Made by a program: the position numbers and the translations under genes. This document shows, piece after piece, positions 9,964-19,873 of a stretch of DNA of 64,000 nt. The notes under the pieces are model-generated. The model ran no database searches. It saw nothing but the letters and a program-made list of their open reading frames with translations, and was not told where the DNA came from. Each line of letters starts with the position of its first letter. Positions within the stretch are counted from its first letter, which is position 1. Source of the stretch: Bacteroidota bacterium (lineage in GTDB: Bacteria; Bacteroidota; Bacteroidia; Flavobacteriales; Flavobacteriaceae); the NCBI GenBank assembly GCA_027620655.1, contig JAQCDS010000003.1, positions 10,449 through 74,448 of the forward strand. The letters run 5' to 3'.

Positions 9964-10006
9964 AGTTGAAATAATTTTTTGAGTTGTGCAAAAATAATCA
10001 TTTTAT

Positions 10007-10588
10007 TTAGTTAAAGAAATATAAAAAGAAAAAGAGATACAGCCACAAAATGTCAACAAAATGCCAAAATATTGAAGCTAAATCAAATCCTAATTTATTT
10101 GTTGGTGTGTATTTCTTTTTTAAGTGATTGATAATGACTACAATAAGGCTTATTAAGCCCACCAAAACATGTAGAATATGAACTACAGCAATGATGTAAA
10201 TGTAAGACATTGTGATGTTGCTTGTTGGTCCTGTAAAATTATATCCCGATTGAATAATTTCACTAAATCCTGAAAATTGAGTGTATATAAACGCCAATCC
10301 CAAAACAAAAGTCCCCAAAAGAAGTGATACACTTAATTGGTTTTGGTGTTTCATAAGCGCTTTTTTTGAAAAATAAAGCACTAAACTGCTTACAACAATA
10401 ATAATTGTACTTGCTGTAAAAGATTCTGGAAGTTGAAAATTTGTGAGCCAATCTTCGCGAGTGCTACTTACAATAAAAGCACTTGTTAGTCCTCCAAAAG
10501 ACATAACAAGAGAAATAATTCCAAACCAGAGCATCATTTTTTTTGCTCTGATATTTTTTTCTTCTGGTGTTCCTTGTGTTAAATCCAT
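10007..10588 (-). CDS. Cytochrome c oxidase subunit III family protein (second paralog)
   Basis: HILHVLVG and FWHFVDILWLYLF motifs. Confidence 0.9.
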   Translation of the reverse strand: MDLTQGTPEEKNIRAKKMMLWFGIISLVMSFGGLTSAFIVSSTREDWLTNFQLPESFTASTIIIVVSSLVLYFSKKALMKHQNQLSVSLLLGTFVLGLAFIYTQFSGFSEIIQSGYNFTGPTSNITMSYIYIIAVVHILHVLVGLISLIVVIINHLKKKYTPTNKLGFDLASIFWHFVDILWLYLFFFLYFFN

Positions 10589-10589
10589 A

Positions 10590-11483
10590 TCAAATAAATT
10601 TATCTATAACATAGATAAGTTGTAAAACGGTAATATATATAACGCTAACGAGCATCAATTCGCGAGCAACTTTGTCTGTTTTGTGCTGAAAGAGTCTAAA
10701 ACCAAAATATAAAAAAACTAAACCTATTACGCCAATGAGTAAAGCAGCAACCAAAGAAAGTTCTAGAGCCCCTGTAAAACCAAAAGCTGGAACTAAAGAA
10801 ATTAAAACAGTCCAGCTGATATAAATAATGATTTGTAAAATGGTGCCTCTATCTTTTGCGCCTGTTGGTAACATCAAAAATCCTGCTTTTTTATAATCGC
10901 TATCCAAAAACCATGCAATCGCCCAAAAGTGTGGAAATTGCCAAAAGAATTGCACCATAAAAAGAACCCCTGGTTCTAAATCAAACTTCCCTGTAAACGC
11001 CACCCAACCTAACATAAAAGGAATAGCGCCAGGAATGGCACCAGCAAAAACCGATAGCGGTGTTTTTTGCTTTAGGGGTGTATAAACACTGGTGTATAAA
11101 AATATTGATATGGCCGCAAACATTGCTGTTTTTGGATTAATGTAGTACAATACTGAAAGCCCAAAAACAGTCAATATAGTTCCCAAAATAAAAGCATTAG
11201 TTACCGATATTTTTGCTGTAGGTAGGGGTCTGTTTTGCGTTCGAAGCATAAGTTTATCTAAATCGCGCTCAATAATTTGATTAAAGACATTGGAGGCGCC
11301 TACCATACAATAGCCCCCAATAGCAAGCAAGACTAAAATCAAATAATCCACTTGGACTGCAGCGAGCAGATATCCTGCAATAGACGAAAAAACAACACTC
11401 AAAGACAAGCCCATTTTTGTGATGGCTTTAAAATCCTGAAAGCGACTAGCAACACTTATGGATGGGACAGCTTGTTGGTTCAT
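10590..11483 (-). CDS. cyoE: Protoheme IX farnesyltransferase (heme O synthase)
   Basis: NQIIERDLDKLMLRTQNRPLP, YTPLKQ, FFWQFPHFWAI. Confidence 0.95.
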   Translation of the reverse strand: MNQQAVPSISVASRFQDFKAITKMGLSLSVVFSSIAGYLLAAVQVDYLILVLLAIGGYCMVGASNVFNQIIERDLDKLMLRTQNRPLPTAKISVTNAFILGTILTVFGLSVLYYINPKTAMFAAISIFLYTSVYTPLKQKTPLSVFAGAIPGAIPFMLGWVAFTGKFDLEPGVLFMVQFFWQFPHFWAIAWFLDSDYKKAGFLMLPTGAKDRGTILQIIIYISWTVLISLVPAFGFTGALELSLVAALLIGVIGLVFLYFGFRLFQHKTDKVARELMLVSVIYITVLQLIYVIDKFI

Positions 11484-11590
11484 AAAAAGAAGAATGCTTC
11501 TGATTTGCGCTGCAAAGATAATCCTTAATTGCGTCTAAATCAATATATTCTTTAAAGAAATAAGGAGCGATTAATTATAATTAAAATCGT

Positions 11591-12138
11591 CTATTCCCTC
11601 TTGCTTTTATATATTTCATAACAGATGCATTTTTCATATTCTGGATAATCTTTCAAGTTAGGATGTTTAAATTCCCCAATCTTTTTCATTCCTATCTTTT
11701 TCATAACGTTTTCAGATTTTTTGTTATTCATTGTACATGTGGAGATAATCTTTTCTATTTTAAGTTTGTCAAAAGCAAATTCCAAACACCTCTTTGCTGC
11801 CTCAGTTGCATACCTTTCCCCCAAGCGCTTTTTTTAAGGCGCCAACCAATATCCACAGCAGGTGTAAAGTCTGATTTATAGACTTGATTTGCTAATCCAA
11901 TAAACCCTATTAACTCTCTGGTTTCTAAAACTTCTGTTACAAAATAATTGTAACCATTTTTGGTAAAATGTAATATTAGTCGGTCAATAAATTTTGAAGT
12001 TTCTGCTTCGGTTAATGGTTTTGGTAAATATTCCATTACCTCCAAATCTGAATTTATTCTAGAAAATTCTAATAAATCGTTCTCCTGCCAATTGCGAAAG
12101 CCTAGACGTTGAGATTTAAAAATGTATTCTTTTTTCAA
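11591..12138 (-). pseudogene. RimJ/RimL-type GNAT acetyltransferase split by a 1-bp deletion near 11812
   Basis: One frame gives ..IGWRLKKSAWGKG and another continues YATEAAKRCL..SENVMKKIGM; together they form one GNAT. Confidence 0.85.
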
Positions 12139-12164
12139 TTTCTGGAATTTAAAAATGTATAGAA

Positions 12165-14783
12165 CTACAATATAAATCTATAGGTTGCTTTAATCAAAAA
12201 TATATTTTGAGGTTGCTGATCCAAAATCCCTGTTTGAAATCCATCAACAAGGCCTTCGCTTGTAGAAATATTGGCTCTTGTCCCTTGAGACCAGACCAAA
12301 AACAACTCAGATCCAGGAATATATTCCCAACGCATTACTAAATTTGAATTGAATTGGACATAAGAAAAATCAGGATTACTAAAACTATAATCCAAAATCC
12401 CATCAGAATTTTCATCAACCTCAAAAGAACCATTATTAAGATCTATTTCTGAAGGATCAAAAGCATAAAAACGATCGTTTAATCTATCAGCAGTAGCATT
12501 TGTAACGTATTTGAAATCAGAATAGCGCCCTCTGGAAATAAAAGGTTGTGCATAATATTGAATCGTAAGGTTGGGATTAATGGTGTAGTTTATACGAAAA
12601 GAAGCACTAAGCGTTTGGTTATCAATTGTCCCTAATATGTAGCGCTTTGAATTGTTGTAGTCTACTTGTGTGACATATTGTGTCTTGTTTGGTCGAGATT
12701 CAAATTCGGGAGCAATAGAAATATTTAATACATTTATAGGCTGATAATTCAATCTTGCTTCTAGTTTAAGAAAAGAAAAATTATCTTCTGCTGCTTGAGA
12801 ATGAATAACGCAAAATCTTGCTAAAAACTTTTTTCTATCGTCTGAATTAATAAATAAAAATTTAAAATTTTCTTTAGAAAATCGCCATCGTGGACCCCCA
12901 CGTAAAGCCGAGTTCAAGAAAATTCTTGGTTTGTGTGTCAAGCCAATACTCATGCCCCAGTTGTTTAAAAAATTAAGCCTTGAGCGAAAATCATATTGTG
13001 TTCTATTGTGATTTCCTTCAAAGTCATAGGATGTAAATTGATTAAACCTTAGGGATAAATCTCTAAAAACAGAAACTGGCTTTGCGATGTTATAGCTCAG
13101 ATTAAAAAATTGAAATTTTTGATCTGCTCGTCGTAAAAATCCAATATCATTGAGTTCTAATTCGGGAGAAGACCATTTGAACCCTGTATCGTAATTCCAG
13201 TTTTTGCCTCCAACTTTTCCAATTTCAAAAAGTCCGCCAGTGCCTGTAAGTGACGTCCTAATGGGATCCACTTCAAGATGAGAGGCATCAACTCTATTAA
13301 AAAGGTGCGTCAAATTCTCTTGAGTAGACTGTATGGCTTCTGGACTTCCATTGACATGACTCACTACAAAATTTGTTTGTACATAATAGGCACGATTTTT
13401 CCATTGATGTTTAAAATCAACCCCACCCGAATAGGCCGATTTTCTTAGTCCTGATGTCACTTCAGAAATAGAACGGTTTGTTGCTGTGAATATTCCGCCC
13501 AAAAACGTATTTCTTTCGTTCATGTCTTTTTGGACTCTTCCAACAAAGTAATTTGTGAAAGGTTCTGCCTCTGCTTCACTAATCGTTCCATTGGAATTAA
13601 TTTCAACATACTCCTTACTTGTCATGCTTTCTAAAACACCAATAGACCAACCATTCTTAGTTTTTCCGCTAAATTTTGCAGCACCTAAAATCGTTGTATT
13701 TTGTGGCCGATCTGTATATGACCCAGATGGTGTGGAAGGATACACCTGTGGCGATCTTCCTATTCTTCTTGAAAAAAATAAATTATCCCTATTGCCTGCA
13801 AAACGATAATCAAAAATATTTTTGTTTTCAACAAAAAATGGGCGTTGCTCTCTATTAAAAACTTCAAACCCATCCAATGCAATAGCTGCAGGATCGGCTT
13901 CTACTTGACCAAAATCTGGATTTACAGTTACATCTAATGTTAAATCATTAGTGACCCCAATTTTAGCATCTAGGCCTGCATTAATTTTATAGTCGCGTCC
14001 ATCTTTGTAGGGATTACCTTGTTCGGCCTTATAAGTTTGTAGTTGTGCTACAGTAAAAGGTTGTACTTCAAGTTGCTTTTGAGGTTTAATATTTTTAATT
14101 CCTCTGAGCTCACCAGCTTCGCTAACCCACCCTGCAGAGCCTACAGGAATTCTATCCCATGCCGATAATTCATTTTCTCTAAAGAGATTTCGAGCAACAT
14201 TCAGCCCCCAGATTTGTTCTTGAGCATCTCCAAAACGCAATTGACTCAAAGGGATTTTGAGTTCAGCAGACCACCCCTGAGAAATAATTTGAGCTTTTGT
14301 ACTCCATATGGGGTTCCAACTGTCGTCAATATCTTCACCATTTTCTGTGATAAGTTCATCGCCTCGAACTCCTGCAGCAGTTACCGTAAATAGAAATGCT
14401 GTACGAAGATCATGATAGCTATCTATTAGTATATTGACTCTATCGCCTTCAAAACCATCACGTCTAGAAAGTCTTTTTGTTATTGTTTCAGGGGCAGAAT
14501 CTAAAGCCAAAATTGCAATATATAAATGCTTTTGATCGTATAAAATTTTAAATTTTGTTTGCTCTGTTGGAGGGGTATTTTCATCTGGGTTTACTTCAAT
14601 AAAGTCAGCTCCCCATTCTACCAAATCCCAAATACTATCCCCCAAAAAACCATCTATTTTTGGCGCATTATCAGGTTTAATTTCTTTTGTAAAATATTGT
14701 TTTGGTGGAATTTTTTGAGAAAAAACAATTAACGGCAAAAAGAACGCTATTATTAGGTATTTCTCAAAAAAGAGTTTTTTCAT
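12165..14783 (-). CDS. CBM9-like / DUF5916 domain outer-membrane protein
   Basis: PKIDGFLGDSIW, WSAELKIPLSQLRF and LTLDVTVNPDFGQVEAD motifs; C-terminal beta-barrel-like IKATYRF. Confidence 0.8.
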   Translation of the reverse strand: MKKLFFEKYLIIAFFLPLIVFSQKIPPKQYFTKEIKPDNAPKIDGFLGDSIWDLVEWGADFIEVNPDENTPPTEQTKFKILYDQKHLYIAILALDSAPETITKRLSRRDGFEGDRVNILIDSYHDLRTAFLFTVTAAGVRGDELITENGEDIDDSWNPIWSTKAQIISQGWSAELKIPLSQLRFGDAQEQIWGLNVARNLFRENELSAWDRIPVGSAGWVSEAGELRGIKNIKPQKQLEVQPFTVAQLQTYKAEQGNPYKDGRDYKINAGLDAKIGVTNDLTLDVTVNPDFGQVEADPAAIALDGFEVFNREQRPFFVENKNIFDYRFAGNRDNLFFSRRIGRSPQVYPSTPSGSYTDRPQNTTILGAAKFSGKTKNGWSIGVLESMTSKEYVEINSNGTISEAEAEPFTNYFVGRVQKDMNERNTFLGGIFTATNRSISEVTSGLRKSAYSGGVDFKHQWKNRAYYVQTNFVVSHVNGSPEAIQSTQENLTHLFNRVDASHLEVDPIRTSLTGTGGLFEIGKVGGKNWNYDTGFKWSSPELELNDIGFLRRADQKFQFFNLSYNIAKPVSVFRDLSLRFNQFTSYDFEGNHNRTQYDFRSRLNFLNNWGMSIGLTHKPRIFLNSALRGGPRWRFSKENFKFLFINSDDRKKFLARFCVIHSQAAEDNFSFLKLEARLNYQPINVLNISIAPEFESRPNKTQYVTQVDYNNSKRYILGTIDNQTLSASFRINYTINPNLTIQYYAQPFISRGRYSDFKYVTNATADRLNDRFYAFDPSEIDLNNGSFEVDENSDGILDYSFSNPDFSYVQFNSNLVMRWEYIPGSELFLVWSQGTRANISTSEGLVDGFQTGILDQQPQNIFLIKATYRFIL

Positions 14784-14943
14784 TTTGCTTATTAAGTAGG
14801 GTTATGGTGCAAATATTTCATGTGCAAATGTACAAGACTGAAATTTATATACTCAATCTATTTAGAAAAGTTTAACTCATTTTAGGTGATAACAGAGAGA
14901 ATATCACTTAAAAACTTCATAAAAAAAATAAGCAGTACAAGAT

Positions 14944-14975
14944 TTTGTTAATAACAATTTATAATTGTAGATTTG
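14944..14975 (+). promoter_or_regulatory. Bacteroidota sigma-70 promoter of the rplM operon
   Basis: TTTG (14944-47), 20 nt spacer, TAGATTTG (14968-75); matches the -33/-7 consensus TTTG / TAnnTTTG. Confidence 0.7.
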
Positions 14976-15022
14976 CAAACTCTTTTTTTGGGAGTAATGT
15001 ATAATTAGAAAAATATTTTAAC

Positions 15023-15478
15023 GTGGACACACTAAGCTATAAAACAATATCAGCAAATAAAGCGACTAGCGACAAGCAGTGGGTTTTAGTTGATGCAGAA
15101 GGACAAACGCTAGGTCGTTTGGCATCTAAAGTAGCGATTCTTCTTAGAGGAAAGCACAAGCCAAACTTTACACCACATGTTGATTGTGGTGACAATGTAA
15201 TTGTTATCAATTCTGAAAAGATCAACTTATCTGGAAATAAGTGGAATGACAAGTCTTACATACGTCATACAGGATATCCAGGAGGTCAGCGTTCTTTAAC
15301 TGCAACCGAATTGTTTGCAAAAGATCCTGCTCGATTAGTAGAAAAGTCTGTAAAAGGAATGCTCCCTAAAAATAAATTAGGTGCTGCGTTATTTCGCAAC
15401 TTAGACGTTGTTGTTGGTGCAGAACACAAACACGAAGCACAACAACCAAAAACAATTAATTTAAACGAAGTTAACTAA
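15023..15478 (+). CDS. rplM: 50S ribosomal protein L13 (GTG start)
   Basis: [38 protein letters not shown]. Confidence 0.98.
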   Translation: MDTLSYKTISANKATSDKQWVLVDAEGQTLGRLASKVAILLRGKHKPNFTPHVDCGDNVIVINSEKINLSGNKWNDKSYIRHTGYPGGQRSLTATELFAKDPARLVEKSVKGMLPKNKLGAALFRNLDVVVGAEHKHEAQQPKTINLNEVN

Positions 15479-15864
15479 TGGAAGTTATTCACAAAATTGG
15501 TCGAAGAAAAACTGCTGTAGCAAGAGTTTATGTTTCTGAAGGAAAAGGAAACGTAACTATTAATAGTAAAGATATTAAAGACTATTTTCCAACTGCTACT
15601 CTTCAATACAAAGTAAATCAACCATTAACTCTTACAGACAATGAAGGTAACTTTGATGTAAAGGTAAATGTATACGGAGGTGGTTCAACAGGTCAGGCAG
15701 AGGCTGTTCGCCTTGCTTTATCTCGTGCTTTGTGCGAATTGAACGAAGAAAACAGAAGTATTTTGAAACCAGAAGGATTGCTTACAAGAGACCCAAGAAT
15801 GGTGGAGCGTAAGAAATTCGGACAGAAAAAAGCGCGTAAGAAATTTCAATTTTCTAAGCGTTAA
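15478..15864 (+). CDS. rpsI: 30S ribosomal protein S9
   Basis: [11 protein letters not shown]-terminal [19 protein letters not shown]. Confidence 0.98.
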   Translation: MEVIHKIGRRKTAVARVYVSEGKGNVTINSKDIKDYFPTATLQYKVNQPLTLTDNEGNFDVKVNVYGGGSTGQAEAVRLALSRALCELNEENRSILKPEGLLTRDPRMVERKKFGQKKARKKFQFSKR

Positions 15865-15892
15865 TATATATTTTATAAACCAGTTATTGTTG

Positions 15893-15993
15893 TCCATGAC
15901 AGGCCAACTGTCAGGATTTAGTTTAGCATCTAAATGAATAAGGCCTAATTTTTAGCCACTTGTTCATTGCTAATTCAACAGAACGTAAACTAA
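15893..15993 (+). promoter_or_regulatory. Structured rpsB leader (candidate S2 autoregulatory element)
   Basis: Hairpin TCC-A-TGACAG/CTGTCA-GGA; long stem TTAGCA..ATGAATAAG/CTTGTTCAT..TGCTAA; alternative pairing TTAGTTTA/TAAACTAA. Confidence 0.55.
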
Positions 15994-15999
15994 CACAAA

Positions 16000-16770
16000 A
16001 TGGCACAAGTAGAAGTTAAAGACTTACTAGACAATGGTGTACACTTCGGACACCTTACAAGAAAATGGGACCCCAATATGGCCCCATTCATTTACATGGA
16101 GCGCAATGGTATTCATATCATTAATCTCTACAAAACTGCTGCAAAACTTGAAGAAGCTTCAAAAGCACTAGCAAAAATTGCAGCCTCTGGACGAAAAATT
16201 CTTTTCGTTGCTACCAAAAAACAAGCAAAAGACATTGTAGCTGAAAAAGCATCAAACGTCAATATGCCATACATCACCGAACGATGGCCAGGCGGAATGC
16301 TTACAAACTTTGTAACCATCCGTAAAGCAGTTAAGAAAATGGCAGCCATCGATGGCATGAAAAAAGATGGAACATTTAATACATTATCAAAAAAAGAGCG
16401 CCTTCAAGTCGATCGTCTTAGAGCAAAGCTAGAGAAAAACTTAGGTTCTATCTCTGATATGACACGCCTTCCTGGAGCACTTTTTGTTGTTGATATTAAA
16501 AGAGAACATATTGCTATCAAAGAAGCGCAAAAATTAAATATTCCAATTTTTGCAATGGTTGACACAAACTCTGATCCTAGACAAGTAGATTTTGTAATTC
16601 CTGCAAATGATGATGCATCAAAATCTATCAATAAAATTTTATCTACGGTTACCGAAAGCATTGCCGTAGGACTAGAGAGCAGACAAGCAGAAAAAGAAGG
16701 TAAAACTCAAGACGCTGCACCAAATGGTGCTGCACCTGTTGCAGAATCTGCAAAACAAGAAGAAGAATAA
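16000..16770 (+). CDS. rpsB: 30S ribosomal protein S2
   Basis: GVHFGHLTRKWDPNM, RWPGGMLTNF, DTNSDP..IPANDDA. Confidence 0.98.
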   Translation: MAQVEVKDLLDNGVHFGHLTRKWDPNMAPFIYMERNGIHIINLYKTAAKLEEASKALAKIAASGRKILFVATKKQAKDIVAEKASNVNMPYITERWPGGMLTNFVTIRKAVKKMAAIDGMKKDGTFNTLSKKERLQVDRLRAKLEKNLGSISDMTRLPGALFVVDIKREHIAIKEAQKLNIPIFAMVDTNSDPRQVDFVIPANDDASKSINKILSTVTESIAVGLESRQAEKEGKTQDAAPNGAAPVAESAKQEEE

Positions 16771-16793
16771 ATTTTTAATTTCATAAAATAATT

Positions 16794-16837
16794 AAAGTCG
16801 TAGAGTTCTTCATGTGAAAAATTTTCCGACTTTTTTT
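16794..16837 (+). terminator. Hairpin plus U tract between rpsB and tsf (possible attenuator)
   Basis: AAAGTCG...CGACTTT stem followed by a T run. Confidence 0.5.
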
Positions 16838-16851
16838 AAAAACTAAAAATC

Positions 16852-17817
16852 ATGACAAAGATTACAGCTGCAGAAGTAAATAAATTAAGAAAAGCCACTG
16901 GCGCAGGAATGATGGATTGCAAAAAAGCCCTTGTTGAAGCTGAAGGGGATTTTGATAAAGCAATTGATGTTTTACGCAAAAAAGGACAAAAAGTTGCCGC
17001 TAAAAGAGCTGACCGCGAATCAACAGAAGGTGCGGCGGTTGCAAAAGTAAATAGCGACAACACCTCTGGTGTGGCAATTGTTTTGGGATGTGAAACCGAC
17101 TTTGTTGGAAAAAATGAAAACTTCCTTGCTTTAGCAAACCAATTGGCAGAAATTGCTCTTGATCACGATTCTAAAGACACTTTTTTAGCTGCAGATTTTG
17201 GAGGAATGACTGTTGCAGACAAACTTATAGAACAAACTGGTGTTATTGGTGAAAAGCTAGACCTAAAAGCATTTGAAAAAGTAGAAGCTCCTTATGTAGG
17301 TGCTTACGTTCATATCAATAAAATTGCTGCTGTTGTTGGGCTTTCAGCAAATGTTGAAAATGCTGGAACACTTTCAAAGGACCTTGCAATGCAAATTGCA
17401 TCTATGGGAGCTACAAGTTTGTCATACAAAGACTTTGACCCTAGCTATGTTGCTTCTGAAACTGAAGCACGTATTGCAGTCATTGAAAAAGACAATATTG
17501 AGCTTGCTAGATTGGGGAAACCCCTTAAAAATGTACCAAAGTACATTTCTATGGCTCAATTAACCCCAGAAGTTTTAGCAGAAGCTGAAGAAGAAGCGAA
17601 AGCACAGCTAAAAGCAGAAGGAAAACCTGAACAAATTTGGGATAAAATTTTACCAGGAAAAATGGATAGATTTATCTCAGACAATACAACACTTGATAAG
17701 GAGCAGTGTTTGCTAGATCAAGACTTCATTAAAGACGAAAAAAGCACCGTTTCAAAATATGTTTCTTCTTATGGTAATGTTGAAGTTACTGGATTTAAAA
17801 GAGTTACATTAGGTTAA
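16852..17817 (+). CDS. tsf: Elongation factor Ts
   Basis: LRKATGAGMMDCKKAL, CETDFV, GKPEQIWDKI. Confidence 0.98.
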   Translation: MTKITAAEVNKLRKATGAGMMDCKKALVEAEGDFDKAIDVLRKKGQKVAAKRADRESTEGAAVAKVNSDNTSGVAIVLGCETDFVGKNENFLALANQLAEIALDHDSKDTFLAADFGGMTVADKLIEQTGVIGEKLDLKAFEKVEAPYVGAYVHINKIAAVVGLSANVENAGTLSKDLAMQIASMGATSLSYKDFDPSYVASETEARIAVIEKDNIELARLGKPLKNVPKYISMAQLTPEVLAEAEEEAKAQLKAEGKPEQIWDKILPGKMDRFISDNTTLDKEQCLLDQDFIKDEKSTVSKYVSSYGNVEVTGFKRVTLG

Positions 17818-17843
17818 TTCATAAGTTAACCAAACAAAAATCT

Positions 17844-17876
17844 ACCCTATGCTTAATTTTAAGTATAGGGTTTTTT
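17844..17876 (+). terminator. Intrinsic terminator after tsf
   Basis: ACCCTATGCTTA..TAAGTATAGGGT stem plus T run. Confidence 0.75.
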
Positions 17877-17880
17877 CTAT

Positions 17881-18402
17881 TTAAAAAGTATGTGTTTTAA
17901 TAGAATCAATAGTTTCAAATAAAGACACCATTTGTTCTATTTCTTTAGATTCTAATTTTGTGACTTCCTCTACTGAGGGATTGGAAGGGTAAGACTTGTC
18001 CTTTAAATTGAATTTCATTCTATGGTAATCTCCGTTCGACCATAATATTATATCATTCCAGCCATTTGTAGTTTTTAAATCTACTAAAACTGGAGGACGA
18101 GTAAGAGTGAAGTTAGTAATAAGATTGAAGTTTTTATCCAAAATTAAAAGATTACATCCTCCAGAACCACAAAAATAGGGCGATGAAAACCAAACCAAAT
18201 ATTCATTAATTCCATCTCCGTTTAAGTCTGTAACTTCATATTGGAACTTTCGATCATTAGCATCTAAGGCGCTAAAATCTCCATCGCTTAAGAATTGATT
18301 CGAAATGAAATAGGCGATTTTTTGTGATGTTTCTATTGATGTTTCCGTTTTACATGAAATCATCAATATAAGGCAAAGAAAAAAATGATAATTTATCTTC
18401 AT
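17881..18402 (-). CDS. Hypothetical lipoprotein (DLNGDG and CGSGGC motifs)
   Basis: Lipobox-like LMISC; DLNGDGINE Ca-binding-like loop; FCGSGGC. Confidence 0.75.
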   Translation of the reverse strand: MKINYHFFLCLILMISCKTETSIETSQKIAYFISNQFLSDGDFSALDANDRKFQYEVTDLNGDGINEYLVWFSSPYFCGSGGCNLLILDKNFNLITNFTLTRPPVLVDLKTTNGWNDIILWSNGDYHRMKFNLKDKSYPSNPSVEEVTKLESKEIEQMVSLFETIDSIKTHTF

Positions 18403-18496
18403 GGAAGTTGTGTTTGTGATTTATTGGGGAGTGACAAAAATTATGCCAGTAAAAATTTAAGATATTGTTTATATTTGTGCAACGATCAAAACAATT

Positions 18497-19201
18497 ATGA
18501 CATACAAACGCATCTTACTAAAGCTTTCTGGCGAGGCACTTATGGGAACTCGACAATATGGAATAGACCCACAACGACTTTCTGAATATGCAAAAGACAT
18601 CAAAGAAATTGTTGAAAAAGGCATTGAAGTTGCCATCGTTATCGGTGGCGGTAATATCTTTAGAGGTGTTGCTGGTGCTAGTAATGGAATGGATAGAGTT
18701 CAGGGAGATCATATGGGTATGTTGGCCACGGTCATCAATGGCTTAGCTTTACAAAGTGCATTAGAAAATGAAGCGATCCCTACCCGCCTTCAGTCAGCTA
18801 TAAAAATCGATGAAGTGGCAGAGCCATTTATTCGCCGTAAAGCCATGCGTCACCTTGAAAAAGGGCGTGTTGTAATTTTTGGTGGCGGAACTGGTAACCC
18901 TTACTTTACAACAGATTCTGCAGCTGTTTTGCGTGCCATTGAAATTGAAGCTGATGTCATTTTAAAAGGAACACGAGTCGATGGCATTTATTCAGCAGAC
19001 CCCGAAAAAGATGCTTCGGCAAGCAAATTTAAAACCATTAGTTTTGAAGATGTTTTAAGCAAAGGGCTAAAAGTCATGGATACCACAGCATTTACACTCA
19101 GTCAAGAAAATGAACTCCCCATCATTGTTTTTGATATGAATCAAAAAGGGAATTTATTAAAAATTGTTTCTGGGGAAGAAATAGGAACCACAGTAAGTTA
19201 A
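18497..19201 (+). CDS. pyrH: UMP kinase
   Basis: [35 protein letters not shown] promoter element at 18470-77. Confidence 0.98.
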   Translation: MTYKRILLKLSGEALMGTRQYGIDPQRLSEYAKDIKEIVEKGIEVAIVIGGGNIFRGVAGASNGMDRVQGDHMGMLATVINGLALQSALENEAIPTRLQSAIKIDEVAEPFIRRKAMRHLEKGRVVIFGGGTGNPYFTTDSAAVLRAIEIEADVILKGTRVDGIYSADPEKDASASKFKTISFEDVLSKGLKVMDTTAFTLSQENELPIIVFDMNQKGNLLKIVSGEEIGTTVS

Positions 19202-19205
19202 AAAA

Positions 19206-19763
19206 ATGAACGAAGAAATTGAATTCATACTAGACAGTACCAAGGAAGCTATGGGAAAAGCCTTAAAGCACCTTGAAAAACAATTTGTAAACATCCGCGC
19301 TGGAAAAGCAAACCCTGCGATGCTAGGAAGCGTTACTGTAGATTATTATGGCACACAAACACCTCTCTCGCAAGTTGCCAATGTCAATACTCCAGATGGT
19401 CGTACTATAACTGTACAACCATGGGAAAAAAGTATGCTTCAAGACATAGAACATGCGATAATGGTAGCCAATCTTGGATTCAACCCTATGAACAATGGCG
19501 AAAGTATCATCATTAATGTGCCACCGCTTACTGAAGAGCGCCGACGAGAACTTGCAAAACAAGCAAAATCTGAAACGGAAGACGCTAAAATTTCTATTAG
19601 AGCTGCGCGAAAAGATGCCAATAATGAACTCAAAAAACTGAGCGACATTTCAGAAGATTTAAAGAAAAATACTGAAGAAGTTATCCAGCAAATGACCGAT
19701 ACTTATATTAAAAAATCTGACGCTCTTTTTTCTGCAAAAGAAAAAGAAATTCTTACGGTTTAA
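19206..19763 (+). CDS. frr: Ribosome recycling factor
   Basis: IRAGKANP, VDYYGTQTPLSQVA, PPLTEERR. Confidence 0.98.
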   Translation: MNEEIEFILDSTKEAMGKALKHLEKQFVNIRAGKANPAMLGSVTVDYYGTQTPLSQVANVNTPDGRTITVQPWEKSMLQDIEHAIMVANLGFNPMNNGESIIINVPPLTEERRRELAKQAKSETEDAKISIRAARKDANNELKKLSDISEDLKKNTEEVIQQMTDTYIKKSDALFSAKEKEILTV

Positions 19764-19873
19764 TTCATTCTTTTGTCTCTTAATAAATTTAACTTTTTTT
19801 TTAAAAAGGCATTTCGAATTTATGCTTACAAATCCGTAGGTTTTCTATACCTTTGACGACTTCAAAATAAGGC

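Noticed and set aside
8500..11483. Oxidase cluster lacking subunits I and II
   Set aside because: Split oxidase loci with two subunit III paralogs are usual in Flavobacteriaceae; subunits I and II are probably elsewhere
17400..17700. Long EF-Ts with an extra helical segment
   Set aside because: Length variation in the EF-Ts coiled-coil region is known; no sign of an intein or a new domain
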